Source: Octopus sinensis
Lineage: Eukaryota
DNA: 64,000 bases
Reading direction: 5' to 3'
NCBI RefSeq assembly: GCF_006345805.1
Contig: NC_043025.1
Location: 6,634,001-6,698,000, forward strand
The notes beneath the pieces were generated by a model. The model searched no databases. It had not been told where the DNA came from and saw only the letters and a program-made list of their open reading frames with translations. Positions 26,230 to 39,989 of the stretch are shown here, piece after piece (position 1 is the stretch's first letter; the number at the start of each line of letters is the position of its first letter). Made by a program: the position numbers and the translations under genes.

Positions 26230-26470
26230 ATATATATATATAAACATACATGTACGTACCTACCTCTACATGTACATATACACGCATATATGAGTACAGG
26301 ACACCAAAGGACGTCGAACACAATGAGAAACGAAAACATAGACACAAACCAAAGGAAATGGACCTTTTTTTAAAAACAACAAAAAAATGGAGTACAGGAC
26401 AATTAACACAACGAAAGAACCCCTTCTTCAGTCGCTAAAGGTTTCATCTACTCTACGTTTCGAAGGATAA
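26230..26470. mobile_element. Penelope-type terminal-repeat fragment between (TA)n tracts
   Basis: Inverted homolog at about 49890-50110; contains CTGAAGA and GAAACGTA on the minus strand. Confidence 0.5.
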
Positions 26471-26476
26471 AATATA

Positions 26477-26538
<62 letters not shown>

Positions 26539-26561
26539 CATATATATATATATTATATACA

Positions 26562-26592
<31 letters not shown>

Positions 26593-26605
26593 TATACATA
26601 TATAT

Positions 26606-26652
<47 letters not shown>

Positions 26653-27132
26653 TATATACATATATTATATATATACATATATAATATATACATATATATA
26701 TTATATTATAATATATCATAATTACTATTATATATATAGTATAGATATATATATATACTCTTTACTCTTTTACTTGTTTCAGTCATTGACTGCAGCCATG
26801 CTGGAGCACTGCCTTAGTCGAGCAACTCGACCTGGGACTTATTCTTTGTAAGCCCAGTACTTATTCTATCGGTCTCTTTTGCCGAACCGCTAAGTTATGG
26901 GGACGTAAACACACCAGCATCGGTTGTCAAGCAATGCTAGGGGGACAACACACAGACACACAGTATATATATTATTTATATTATATGTATACATTTATAC
27001 ACACACACACATATATATGAATCATAATATATATGTATGTATGCATGTATGATCTATGTGTGTATATATGTATGTATATATACATATGTATGTATATATA
27101 TATATATATGTATGTATATATATTTATGTATG

Positions 27133-27165
<33 letters not shown>

Positions 27166-28671
27166 GATGTATAATATATATATATGTATGTTATATATAT
27201 AAGTATATATATGTGTGTGTGTGTGTGTTGTGTGTATGTATGTATACATATATATATATATATATAATATATACCTATATACATATATATATACATATGT
27301 ATGTATGTATTTATGTATATATGTATACGTATGTGCATGTATATGCATATGTGTGTATATATATATGTATATATATATATGTATATATATATATACAACT
27401 TTGCTGCTGCTCCAGCTGGTGCTAATATTAATTAACTGACAATATGCAACCTCAATTACATCATTTTAATTTTTAATCAAACTGCACAGGATTATCTATA
27501 ATCAAACTGCACAGATTATATATAATATAATGAAATTATTGTATACAGTGCTCAGGTGCACCACAACTTGTTGAAAAGTGCGTATAAAGTATATGCAGTA
27601 ATGTACAAATGTCTGGAAAGCGAACAGTGTATGAGTCAGATACATGCTTGCGTGTGTATGGAGGGGAGAAAATCATAGGTGTGTGGCGAATCTCTCAGGA
27701 AGCATGGAAGTTTTGAAGGATGCAGTGCTGAAGGATGCTTACACGGATTCTGAGAGTTACTCGTCTCCTGATTAGAGGAGGAGAAAAAAGGTCAAAGATG
27801 ACCACTTAGGTTAATAGTGTAGGTCTGTGTGTGCGTGTGTGTTTGTGTTATTTATATGTGTTTGTATCTGTGTGTATATTTGTGTACGTGTGGTGTGTTT
27901 GTATGTATGTTGTGTTTGTGGTCTGTGTTGTTTGTGGTGTTTGTATGTATGTATTTGGTGTGTTGTATTTTGTGTGTTTGTGTCCGTGTGTATATTTGTG
28001 TGTGTGTGTGTGTGTGCATGTGTTTGTATGTATGTGTTTATGTGTGGTGTTTGTGTGTGTTACGCGGGCACATGTGCTTTTGTCATCATTATCATTTAAT
28101 GTCCATCCTCCACGTCCACATGCGTTTGATGGTTTGACAGGAGCTGCCACAGCTCAAGGGCTGCCCAGGTTCCATGCCTGTTTTAACATGGTTTTCTACG
28201 GGTGCTTTTACATGTTAGTGGCACAGACACTTTTACATGGAACCAGTACAAGTGCTACTACATGGCACCAGCACCTATGAACCTGCAGGACTAAGATTCC
28301 TGGCTGAGAGGGGGCCATAGAAGCCTCAACCGTGTCTCTCAAGCACTGCAAACCACCAGAAGTCTTGGACCCCTGTCATCCCTTTTGTGAGGCCCAACAT
28401 CTGAAGACCCTTCTCACCACTCATCCTATGTGACCCCTTTCACATGTACCCCCCACATCGACTCCCTGGACTTATTCTTTGTAAGCCTGGTACTTATTCT
28501 ATTGGGCCCTTTTGTCGAACCGCTAAGTTACGAGGACGTAAACACAACCAAACACCGGTTGGAGTGGGGACAAACACAGACAGGAACATACACACACATA
28601 TATATACATGTCTTTTGGATCTTTGTGGTTTTCATCCCTGCATGTCGAAAAAAAAAAAAAAAAAATATTAA

Positions 28672-29090
28672 GGCGCAGGAGTGGCTGTGTGGTAAGTAGC
28701 TTGCTAACCAAACATAGTTCTGGGTTCAGTCCCACTGCGTGGCACCTTGGGCAAGTGTTTCTGCTATAGCCTCGGGCCGACCAAAGCCTTGTGAGTGGAT
28801 TTGGTAGACGGAAACTGAAAGAAGCCAGTCGTATATATGTATATATATTATGTATGTGTGTGTGTGTGTGTGTTTGTGTGTCTGTGTTTGTCACCTAGCA
28901 TTGCTTGACGACCGATGCTGGTGTGTTTACGTCGCCGTCACTTAGCGGTTCGGCAAAAGAGAACGATAGAATAAGTACTGGGCTTACAAAGAATAAGTCC
29001 CGGGGTCGATTTGCTCGACTAAAAGGTGGTGCTCCAGCATGGCCGCAGTCAAATGACTGAAACAAGTAAAAGAGTAAAGAGTAAAAGAGA
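28672..29090 (+). mobile_element. SINE family A
   Basis: Family match. Confidence 0.82.
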
Positions 29091-29329
29091 ATGTATAAAA
29101 GTTTTTGACGCTGAATCCAGATTTGTTACTTATTTATTCCAAGAAAATTTTGCAAAAGTGTTACAGGAGTTCAAAGTTTCAGAATTTTCATCCAATCAGA
29201 AAACAGCACGTTGGCTGCCTCTTCCATCTTTGGGGGGTGGCACCAGCATGTCAAAACATTAAACTAGCTACAGTAAACAGTGAAAAAACATTAAAACATT
29301 CACAAGCAAGCCAACAGATCCCTTCTTTT

Positions 29330-29647
29330 ATATATACATATATATATATATATACATATATATAACATATATATATATACACACATATATGCATATACAT
29401 ACATATATATACATATATATACACATATAATATACATATATATACACACATATATATATATATACATATATATATATACATATACATATACATACATACA
29501 TATATATACACACACATATATATATACACATATATATATACATATATATAATATACATATATATATATACATATATATACACATATATATATACATACAC
29601 ATATATATACATACATATATATACATACACATATATATATACATACA

Positions 29648-29744
<97 letters not shown>

Positions 29745-30010
29745 CATACATATATATATACATACATATACATATACATACATATACATACATATATATA
29801 TACATATATATATACATATACATATACATATACACATATATATACATATATATATATACACATATATATACACATATATATATACACATATATATATATA
29901 CACATATATACACATATATACACACATATATTCACATATATATACATATACTTGATAACAAGGTGAATACATATATATATATATACATATATATACACAC
30001 ACACCCACAC
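29330..30010. repeat. Long (TA)n/(CATATA)n compound microsatellite
   Basis: Direct reading. Confidence 0.96.
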
Positions 30011-30236
30011 ACACAAATAAGCTAATTTAAAATGGAAATGAAATATAAAACAAGCATGGATGCAAAATAATGAAGATCCTTTTATTCGTCTCTCCACAAA
30101 AAATGACAAGAAACAGGAAAGTTAAGAAAAAAATAATTAAATTGAGTTTTGCAACAATTTCAGTTGTTCCATTTTTGTTTTATTTTTTTCTTTACGTCAT
30201 TCTGCTATATGTTAACAAACCCCCGAAACACAGCAC

Positions 30237-30675
30237 AGGGATACCCCGACTTGCGCGAGTTCAACTTGCACGAAATTCGACTTGCTGGGAGCCAACTTTT
30301 GAGGCCCAGTTTGATCTGGCAACGTTTCTACGGCTGGATGCCGTTCCTAACGTTCAGGCTGCGCGAGTTGTATTCTCGACTCGCGCTTGTTGTAAAAATA
30401 TTTATTATCCATGGTTGCATTGCCCTGTCTGTCATCTTGTTATCATCATCATCATCGTTTAGCGTCCGCTTTCCATGCTAGCATGGGTTGGACGGTTCAA
30501 CAGGGGTCTGGGAAGCCAGAAGGTTGATTAAATACAGTAACGAAAGGGTTAATATAACAATATTTAGAAGTTGTCCTGGAAAATATTTATAGAAAACAAT
30601 ATCTGGTACTCGACCTATGCGAATTTCGAATTGCGCGTCCCCCAATTACTCGCGCAAGTCGAGGAATCCCTGTAT
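30237..30675. mobile_element. pogo/Tigger-like MITE interrupted by an RTE 3' fragment
   Basis: TIR pair ACAGGGATACCCCGACTTGCGCGAGT / ACTCGCGCAAGTCGAGGAATCCCTGT; right end followed by TA. Confidence 0.6.
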
Positions 30676-31252
30676 TTTTCTTTAAAAACAGTTATGGTTA
30701 TTGCACAGGAATGGGATGAATGACATGGTAAAGCATGGTCTTCAATGCTGGGCCTCATGGCGCCAATGACTAGCGACCAAAACATTTAGCAATAGGCCAT
30801 GCTTGCAAAGAACCATCAAGCCAAGAGAAATCATAGTTGTGGACATTGACGGTGTCACGTAACTGGTACATAAAAAGCATGTTCCCAGTGTTGGGCCCCA
30901 CAGAGGCAATGTGACTGGTGCTGTTATTGCAGAACTAGCAACTGTGCCAGGGACACATAAAAAGCACGTTTCAAGTGCTAAGCCTCATACAAGCTGTAGC
31001 AGGTGCTTTTTGCATGCCACTCGCACAGGAGCCAGTCAGATGGGCCTGGCATCAATCATGTTTCGATGGTGATTTTTACATGCTAGAAGGATTGGACGGT
31101 TCAACCGGGGTCTGGGAAGTCAGGAGGCTGCACCAGGCTCCAGTTTGATCTGGCAGAGTTTCTATGGCTGGATGCCCTTCCTAACGCCAACCACTCCGTG
31201 AGTGTAGAGGGTGCTTTTTATGTGCCACCGGCATGGGGTAGTCAGGTGGTCC

Positions 31253-31458
31253 TGGCAGAAACGTTAGCACACCAGGCGAAATGCTTAGCGTTATTTCGTC
31301 TGCCGTTACGTTCTGAGTTCAAATTCCGCCGAGGTCGACTTTGCCTTTCATCCTTTCGGGGTCGATACATTAAGTACCATTTACGCACTAGGGTCGATAT
31401 CATCGACTTAATCCGTTTGTCCTCTGTGTTTAGCCCCTGTGGGTAGTAAAGAAATAGG
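31253..31458 (+). mobile_element. SINE family C (tail resembles the Tx1 3' end)
   Basis: B-box-like GAGTTCAAATTCC; ends TGTGTTTAGCCCCTGTGGGTAGTAAAGAAATAG. Confidence 0.8.
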
Positions 31459-31824
31459 TCCTGGCATCAATCATGTCTCAAGTGACCCTTGGCAAAATGC
31501 TGCACTTAAGAAAGACCCATCAAACTGAGTAAAACTACAGTCATGGCAGATATTGGGGTCACACAAATGGCACTCATGCTGGTGGCACATAAAAACACCT
31601 ATTACACTCTCAGAGTGGTTGGTGTAAGGAAGGGCAACCGGCTGTAGAAAACCATGCCAAATCAGACTGGAACCTGGTGCAGCCCCTCAGCTTACCAGCC
31701 CTGGTCAAGCTGTCCAACCCATGCCAGCATGGACAACGGATGCTAAATGATGATGATGAAACTTGAAAATCAATAACTTTGCATCAGGCATTAATAAGAG
31801 AAGGATTATACATAATAATGATAC

Positions 31825-32035
31825 TCTCTTTACTCTTTTTTTCTCTTTTATTTGTTTCAGTCAGTTGACTGCGGCCATGCTGGAGCACTGCCTTTAGTCG
31901 AGCAACTCGACCCCGGGACTTATTCTTTTGTAAGCCCAGTACTTATTCTATCGGTCTCTTTTGCCGAACCGCTAAGTGACGGGGACGTAAACCACCAGCA
32001 TCGGTCGTCAAGCAATGCTAGGGGGACAAACACAG

Positions 32036-32085
<50 letters not shown>

Positions 32086-32250
32086 GACGGGCTTCTTTCA
32101 GTTTCCATCTACCAAATCCACTCACAAGGCTTTGGTCGGCCCAAGGCTATAGCAGAAGACACTTGCCCATGGTGCCACGCAGTGGGACTGAACCCGGAAC
32201 CATGTGGTTGGTAAACAAGCCACTTACCACACAGCCACTCCTGCGCCTAT
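31825..32250 (-). mobile_element. SINE family A
   Basis: Reverse-complement match to family A. Confidence 0.83.
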
Positions 32251-32759
32251 ACTGTTTCGTTCACTGATTTTTCGCATCTTCTGTCTCAAGTTTAGAGTTT
32301 TTTGACTATTGTAAGCACAAGTGTGACTGTGTGGTAAGAAGTTTGCTTCCTAACCCCATGGTTCCAAGTTCAATCTCACTGCATGGCATGTTGGGAAAAT
32401 GTCTTCTACTATAGCCTCGGGCCGACCAAAGCCTGTGAGTGGATTTAGTATAAAAACTGAAAGCAGCCTATCGTGTGTGTGTATATACATATATATGTAT
32501 ATATAGACAGGCGCGGGCATAGCTGTGTGGTTAGGGAGCTTGCTTCCTAGCTATATGGTTTCGGGTTCAGTCCCACTGTGTGGCACTTTGGGTAGGTGTC
32601 TTCCACTATAGCCCCGAGCCGACCGGAGCTTTGTGATTGAATTCGGTAGGTGGAAGTTACTGCCGTGTGTGTATGTGTGCGTTTAGCTGCTCAGTGCCTC
32701 TCCGAAAGAGAGAGAGGGATATACACACACATACCTGGGACATAGTTAGTCCACCTGTG

Positions 32760-33260
32760 CATACCTTCCTTATTGACACTTGAGAAGACCTGTTGAGGCA
32801 AGTGAAAATCAAAATCAAAACCAAATCAAAATAGATGTACATCAATGGAATTTGTATCCTTTATGGTACCAGTGCCGGTGGCACATAAGAAAACCATCTG
32901 AACGTGACTGTAGCCAGTACCGCATTGACTGGCCTCCGTGCTGAGGGCACGTAACAAACACCATCCGAGCATGGCCGTTCGCCAGCCTCGTCTGGCACCT
33001 GTGCCGGTGACACATAAGAAAACACCATCCGAGCGTGGCCGTCTGCCAGCCTCGTCTGGCACCTGTGTCGGTGGCACATAAAATCACCCACTACATTCTC
33101 GGAGTGGTTGGCGTTAGGAAGGACATCCAGCTGTAGAAACACTGCCAGATCTGACTGGCCTGGTACAGCCTTCGGGCTTGCCAGACCCCAGTTGAACCGT
33201 CCAACCCATGCTAGCATGGAAAGCGGACGTTAAACGATGATGATGATGATGATGATGATG
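32760..33260 (+). mobile_element. RTE 3' UTR fragment with ~60-bp internal repeats and a (GAT)n tail
   Basis: Match to the 3' UTR of the RTE at 41590-42990. Confidence 0.8.
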
Positions 33261-33799
33261 TGTAGGTCTAATTTGTCTCCTACCTATTTCTTTACTGCCC
33301 ACAAGGGGCTAAACACAGAGAGGACAAACAAGGACAGACAAACGGATTAAGTCAATTATATCGACCCCAGTGCGTAACTGGTACTTATTTAATAGACCCC
33401 GAAAGGATGAAAGGCAAAGTCGACCTCGGCACTTAAAAGCTCCACAAAGCTCTGGCAGGGGGTGGTGGCGACCCCTGTTGTACTCTTTTGCCCCAACTTT
33501 CTCTCACTCTTTCTTCCTGTTTCTTGAGTAATGCTGTGATGGACTGGCGTCCCGTCCAGCTGGGTGGGGGGGGACACATACGCCATAGAAACTGGGAAAC
33601 CAGGCCCATGAGCCTGGCTAGGCTTGATAAGGGTGCATAATTACCCAATACTTTTTAGTATAGTACATATTTATTAACTTTATATGTATGTGTATATATA
33701 TATATATATATATACAAACACACACACATATAGACACATATACATGCACACATATATACATACTCACATATATACACACACATATATACACACATATAT

Positions 33800-34005
33800 A
33801 AAGTTAATCCAAACAAGAAAACACAAAAAAACACAACAACGCGAGGACGTGGAACAAATAAAGTATTATTGGACGCTCAGGAAAGAAGGAAGAAGGAGGG
33901 TTTGACGTTTCGAGCGGAGCTCTTCGTCGGAAACATAGGAGAAGGAAAGATCCAGAGAAGGGAAGACAGAAGAAAAAAAATCGCCAACGGTACACACGAG
34001 GTCAC
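33800..34005 (-). mobile_element. Penelope-type terminal-repeat fragment
   Basis: Homologs at about 24320-24420 and 63020-63075, all within (TA)/(CA) tracts; contains a hammerhead motif. Confidence 0.6.
33900..33934 (-). ncRNA. Minimal type-I hammerhead ribozyme motif (U4C core variant)
   Basis: Minus strand reads GTTT-CCGACGA-A-GAGC-TCC-GCTC-GAAAC-GTC-AAAC: stem I, core, stem II, palindromic ACGT stem III and a GUC cleavage triplet. Confidence 0.65.
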
Positions 34006-34375
34006 ATTTTATATATACACACATATATATACACACACTCACACATGCACCCACACTGTAGTCCACATGTAAAAGAAACCAGCTGTTTATTGCATAGAAA
34101 TCTCTCTCTCTCTCTCTCTCTCCAATGACAGAATGCCTACATGTTTTGCACACTTGCAAGAAAAAGCAACCAAACTTCCCCTCATTACACAGTGCCTTCT
34201 TAAAAATGAGAAGGCACACATCCAATAATACAGTCCCAAGACATACTGTTTGTTAAACACACACACACACACACACTCAGGTGAGATGGTCATGGTGGGA
34301 GGTACAGTTTGATTGGCTTCATCATAGACTTGTTCATTCAGAGCCAAGTTGAGACTAAATGACAACGGCCAAAGA

Positions 34376-34519
34376 CTACGACCGGACAGATTTGCTGGTC
34401 AAATTCAAACTTTTCAGCCTCTCCTTCTTCTCTGCCAGTAATTCTTTCTGTTCGATGACCGCCTCACCCAAGGTTTCGATCCTGTCATCAAGCTCTTGAA
34501 TTATGTTGCTGGAGTTTAC
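34376..34519 (-). CDS. Terminal coding exon of an unidentified host gene (coiled coil)
   Basis: Acceptor TTTGTTTGCAG. Phase-0 translation VNSSNIIQELDDRIETLGEAVIEQKELLAEKKERLKSLNLTSKSVRS then TAG. AATAAA at 34091-34086. Confidence 0.72.
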   Translation of the reverse strand, partial: VNSSNIIQELDDRIETLGEAVIEQKELLAEKKERLKSLNLTSKSVRS

Positions 34520-34632
34520 CTGCAAACAAAGACATATTATAAGTCAGCATCTTTGGCAAAACCAAACGGAACCGCATCACAACACACACACACACACACA
34601 CACAGAGAAAGGTAGCTAGATGCAACAAAAAT

Positions 34633-35045
34633 GGATCGTTTCAGTTTGAACGGCAGTTTTTAACATAATTTCTAGGTAACTAAACACTTTTAAACTTCGT
34701 ATACTGGTAGAATGTGTTTATAAAACATTTTTTTCTCTTGGCTTTATTGAGAAAATTCTATAGTTTGTAAGATATTTGTTGTTTTTTTTCCTTCAATTTC
34801 TGCAATTTCAACCAATCAATGACGTCCATTGAGGTAAAAAAAAAACATTCTGTGCCGTATGAATATGTCCCTCGTTTAAGAAACAGATTGGGTTTATTTA
34901 CATTTGTGAAAAAAAAATGATACCCTTCCCCCACCCCTAACCCTAAAACAGATTGAAATGCAATAGATCGATACTAGGGTCATAATTATGGGTGACAATT
35001 TCATATGACGCCGCTAGAAAAAACTGCCGTTCAAACCGAAAAGGA
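34633..35045 (+). mobile_element. MITE-B, complete (~410 bp, ~28-bp TIR)
   Basis: Starts GGATCGTTTCAGTTTGAACGGCAG and ends AAACTGCCGTTCAAACCGAAAA; superfamily not assigned. Confidence 0.8.
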
Positions 35046-35212
35046 AGAATTCAATTGTTACTAACAGAGGTTGAGGGTGCACTGTAGCACCTTCATTGCT
35101 AGAGATAAGAGTCAAAGAACCTTATAGCCATAAACATAGCACAAGCCTATGTACTGACAACAAGGGAGATAACTACCCCACAGCACCCCTGTGGGCAATA
35201 AAGAAATATATA

Positions 35213-35625
35213 TATATTTCTTTATTGCCCAAGGGGGCTAAACATAGAGGGAAGAAACAAGGACAGACAAAGGGATGAAGTCAATTACATCGACCCCAGT
35301 GCGTAACTGGTACTTATTTAATCGACCCCAAAACGATGAAAGGCAAAGTTGACCTCGGCAGAATTTGAACTCAGAATGTAACAGCAGACGAAATACCTAT
35401 TTCTTTACTACCCACAAGGGGCTAAACACAGAGAGGACAAACAAGGACAGACAAACGGATTAAGTTGATTATATCGACCCCAGTGTGTAACTGGTACTTA
35501 ATTAATCGACCCAGAAAGGATGAAAGGCGAAGTTGACCTCGGTGGAATTTGAACTCAGAACGTAACAGCAGACGAAATACCGCTAAGCATTTTGCCCGGC
35601 GTGCTAACGTTTCTGCCAGCTCACC
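35213..35625 (-). mobile_element. SINE family C head-to-tail dimer
   Basis: Two tails; junction AAAGAAATAG|GTATTTCGTCTG at about 35400. Confidence 0.8.
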
Positions 35626-36292
35626 ACCCTAATATATATCATCATCATCATTGTTTAACATCCATCTTCCATCCATGCATGGGTAGGATGGTTGACAGGA
35701 GCTGGCCAGGTAGCAAAACCTACTCTATGCTACTCTGTCTCTTTTGGCAGGGTTTTTATGGCTGGATGCCCTTCCTAACATGAACCACTTTGCAGAGTGG
35801 ACTCAGTGCTTTTTACATGGTACCAGCACAGGTGAGGTCAGTTTTGGCATAATTTTTCAATGCCCTTCCAAATGCCAACTGATAGTGGAGATTGTCTTAG
35901 AAGACTGCCGTGGCCGTTTGCCAGCTCCGTCTGGCTCCTGTGCGGGTGGCACATAAAAAGCACCCACTACACTCACGGAGTGGTTGGCGTTAGGAAGGGC
36001 ATCCAGCTATAAAAGCACTGCCAGATCAGACTGGGCCTGATGCAGCCTTCTGGCTTCACAGACCCCAGTTGAACCGTCCAACCCATGCTAGCATGGAAAG
36101 CGGACGCTAAATGATGATGATGATATATATATATACTCCGGAGAGTAGTTTACGATGTTAGTTCAACTGTGCTTGTTTAACAGTCAATAGTGAGTATCAT
36201 ACGTACGTTCAAGTAGTACAGAGCGTGTTCTGTGTCAACATGTATTTCTCCATTGGGTTGCTTTTTGATAACCACAACCGACTATTGTAGAA

Positions 36293-38655
36293 GCACATGG
36301 CCTAGTGGTTAGAGCAGCAGATTCACAGTCGAGGGATCGCGGGTTCGAATCTCAGACCGGGCGACGTGTGTATTTATGAGCGGAACACCTAAGCTCCACG
36401 CGCCTCCGGCCGAAGGTAATGGCGAACTTCTGCTGACTCTTTCGCCACAACTTTCTCTCACTCTTTCCTCCTGCATCTTGCAGTTCACCTGTGACGGGCC
36501 GGAGTCCCGTCCAGGTGGGGAACCTATACGCCAAGGAAACCGGCCCTTATGAGCCAGGCGTGGCTTGAGAAAGAACACCTGATGTGTGAAGGCTGTTGTT
36601 GGAGGCACATGGCCTAGTGGTTAGAGCAGCAGACTCACAGTCGAGGGATCGCGGGTTCGAATCTCAGACCAGGTGATGTGTGTGTGTTTATGAGCGAAAC
36701 ACCTAAGATTCACGCGGCTCCGGCAGAAGGTAATGGCGAACTTCTGCTGACTCTTTCACCACAACTTTCTCTCACTCTTTCCTCCTGCATCTTGCAGTTC
36801 ACCTGTGACGGACCGGAGTCCTATCCAGGTGGGGAACCTATACGCCAAGGAAACCGGCCCTTATAAGCCAGGCATGGCTTGAGAAGGAACACCTGATGTG
36901 TGAAGGCTGTTGTTGGAGGCACATGGCCTAGTGGTTAGAGCAGCAGACTCACAGTCGAGGGATCGCGGGTTCGAATCTCAGACCGGGCGATGTGTGTGTT
37001 TATGAGCGAAACACCTAAGCTCCACGTGGCTCCGGCAGAAGGTAATGGCGAACTTCTGCTGACTCTTTCGCCACAACTTTCTCTCACTCTTTCCTCCTGC
37101 ATCTTGCAGTTCACCTGTGACGGGCCGGAGTCCCGTCCAGGTGGGGAACCTATACGCCAAGGAAACCGGCCCTTATGAGCCAGGCGTGGCTTGAGAAAGA
37201 ACACCTGATGTGTGAAGGCTGTTGTTGGAGGCACATGGCCTAGTGGTTAGAGCAGCAGACTCGTGGTCGAGGGATCGCGAGTTCGAATCTCAGACCGGAT
37301 GATGTGTGTGTTTATGAGCGAACACCTAAGCTCCACATGGCTCTGGCAGAAGGTAATGGCGAACTTCTGCTGACTCTTTCGCCACGACTTTCTCTCACTC
37401 TTTCATCCTGCATCTTGCATCGGCGTCCTGTCCAGGTGGGGAACCTATACGCCAAGGAAACCGGCCCTTATGAGCCAGGCGTGGCTTGAGAAAGAACACC
37501 TGATGTGTGAAGGCTGTTGTTGGAGGCACATGGCCTAGTGGTTAGAGCAGCAGACTCACAGTCAAGGGATCGCGGGTTCGAATCTCAGACCGGGTGATGT
37601 GTGTGTGTGTTTATGAGCGAAACACCTAAGATTCACGCGGCTCCGGCAGAAAGTAATGGCGAACTTCTGCTGACTGTTTCACCACAACTTTCTCTCACTC
37701 TTTCCTCCTGCAACTTGCAGCTCACCTGCGACGGACCGGCATCCCGTCCAGGTGGGGAACCTATACACCAAGAGAACCGGCCCTTATGAGCCAGGCATGG
37801 CTCGAGAAGGAACAAACAAACAACAGTGGACATGCGGTCGAGAGATTGCGGGTTCGAATCTCAGACCGGGTGATGCGTGTGTACTTATGAGCGAAACACC
37901 TAAGCTCCACGTGGGTCCGGCAGAAGGTAATGGCAACACTTCTGCTGACTGTTTCACCACAACTTTCTCTCACTCTTTCCTCCTGCATCTTGCAGCTCAC
38001 CTGCGATGGACCGGCGTCCCATCCAGGTGGGGAACCTATACGCCAAGGAAGCCAGGAAACTGGCCCTTATGAGCCAGGCATGGCTCGAGAAGGAACAAAC
38101 AAACAACAGTCACATGCGGTCGAGAGATTGCGGGTTCGAATCTCAGACCGGGTGATGCGTGTGTACTTATGAGCGAAACACCTAAGCTCCACGTGGGTCC
38201 AGCAGAAGGTAATGGCAACACTTCTGCTGACTGTTTCGCCACAACTTTCTCTCACTCTTTCCTTCTGCATCTTGCAGTTCACCTGTGACGGACCGGAGTC
38301 CTGTCCAGGTGGGGAACCTATACGCCAAGGAAACCGGCCCTTATGAGCCAGGCATGGCTCGAGAAGGAACAAACAACAGTGGACATGCGGTCGAGAGATT
38401 GCGGGTTCGAATCTCAGACCGGGTGATGTGTGTGTGTTTATGAGCGAAACACCTAAGCTCCACATGGGTCCGGCAGAAGGTAATGGCAACACTTCTGCTG
38501 ACTGTTTCGCCACAACTTTCTCTCACTCTTTCCTCCTGCATCTTGCAGTTCACCTGCGATGGACCGGCGTCCCATCCAGGTGGGGAACCTATACACCAAG
38601 GAAGCCAGGAAACTGGCCCTTATGAGCCAGGCATGTCTCAGGAAGGAACAAAGAA
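36293..38655 (+). repeat. Tandem array of 8 tRNA-headed SINE-B units (period about 270-314 bp)
   Basis: Unit starts at about 36293, 36605, 36919, 37231, 37526, 37828, 38110 and 38381; A-box TGGCCTAGTGG, B-box GGTTCGAATC. Confidence 0.92.
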
Positions 38656-39447
38656 AACAACCAACTATTGATTTATGGAATACCATTTTACACCAGTCAT
38701 GTACACCCACGTCATAACATTCCCCCTTTGCAAGATAGCAAAAAGTATAAAAGTGAGGGTGATTTTGTTGTTTTTCTTTTGTTACACACGATGTGTTGGG
38801 GCAAGTGAAATCGGAATCGAAATTGAACCAGTCCTATGACTGGCACCCGGCAGTTGCCAGTGCCGCTGGACTGACTCCTGTGCAGGTGGAAAGTAAAGAA
38901 ACACCGTTTCGACCCTGTGCTTGAGGAGACCTATTGAGTCAAGTGCATCAACATGAAAAATCAATGGAAATTGTAGTTGTGATCCCTGTGCTGGTGGCAT
39001 GTAAAAAGCACCATCCGAACATGGCCGATGCCAGCGCCGCCTTGACTGGCTTCCGTCCCAGTGGCATGTAAAAAGCACCGACTGATCATGGCCGTTGCCA
39101 GCCTCGCCTGGCATGTAAAAAGCACCCACTACACTCACGGAGTGGTTGGCGTTAGGAAGGGCATCCAGCCGTAGATACACTACCAAATCAGACTGGAGCC
39201 TGGTGCAGCCTTCTGGCTTCCCAGATCCCGGTCGAACCGTCCAACCCATGCTAGCATGGAAAACAGACATTAAACAATGATGATGACTGTGTTTGATACA
39301 TTCAACTAAAAATTCTTCGAGGATGTGGCACCCCAGCATGGCCACCACAGTCCAATGACTTTAAACAAGTAAAAGATAAAAAAGAATCAGGTTTGATCCG
39401 AGAATACCCAACAACGTCCACCAGGAGACAGCTCCTGTTGTACTTAC

Positions 39448-39520
39448 AAGTTTATCAACACCAACAATTGCAGAATATCTGAGTGGAGGCACAATGATTT
39501 GGCTTAATTGTTGCATCAAC
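39448..39520 (-). CDS. Internal coding exon (73 nt) of the host gene
   Basis: Acceptor TTTTTTCCAG, donor GTAAGT; xLMQQLSQIIVPPLRYSAIVGVDKL; exits in phase 0, matching the terminal exon. Confidence 0.75.
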
Positions 39521-39989
39521 CTGGAAAAAAGAGAAAAAAGTGAAAAAAAGTGAAAAAAAAAAAAGGCATGGGGGGGGGGATGCATACTCTGTGCGCACAC
39601 AATAAAAATTTAATCAAAAATAAATATATTACCATGTAACAAAAACAAAAAAAACCCATTTTGATTCATCCATCCACCAGTTTTGAAGATAACCAAACCA
39701 GAATTTAATGAGTTTGAGCCACTCATCCAATGAGTATTTTTGTCAAATTTGGTGAAAATCCATTCAGCCGTTTTCTAGTAATTTTGTAAACACACACAGA
39801 CACACACACACAGACGAAGACAAGCAACTAAAACACTCTGCTTATGCTTAGGCACACAGGATAAAAATTTAATTATTTTCTACATTTTCATGAATCAAAC
39901 CACGAGATATTTGTCTCAGATGACATTAAATACACATACACACATATTCATCACAAGCCTCCAAGCAATAACTGAGAAATTCACAACAG

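Noticed and set aside
34087-34365. 92-aa ORF downstream of the terminal exon
   Set aside because: It is in a different frame from the exon, which stops at TAG 34378-34376; the region is 3' UTR containing (CA)n and (CT)n
36604-36680. tRNA-like sequence (A and B boxes) in SINE heads
   Set aside because: Acceptor and anticodon stems do not pair, and the sequence continues into the SINE body; these are SINE heads, not tRNA genes
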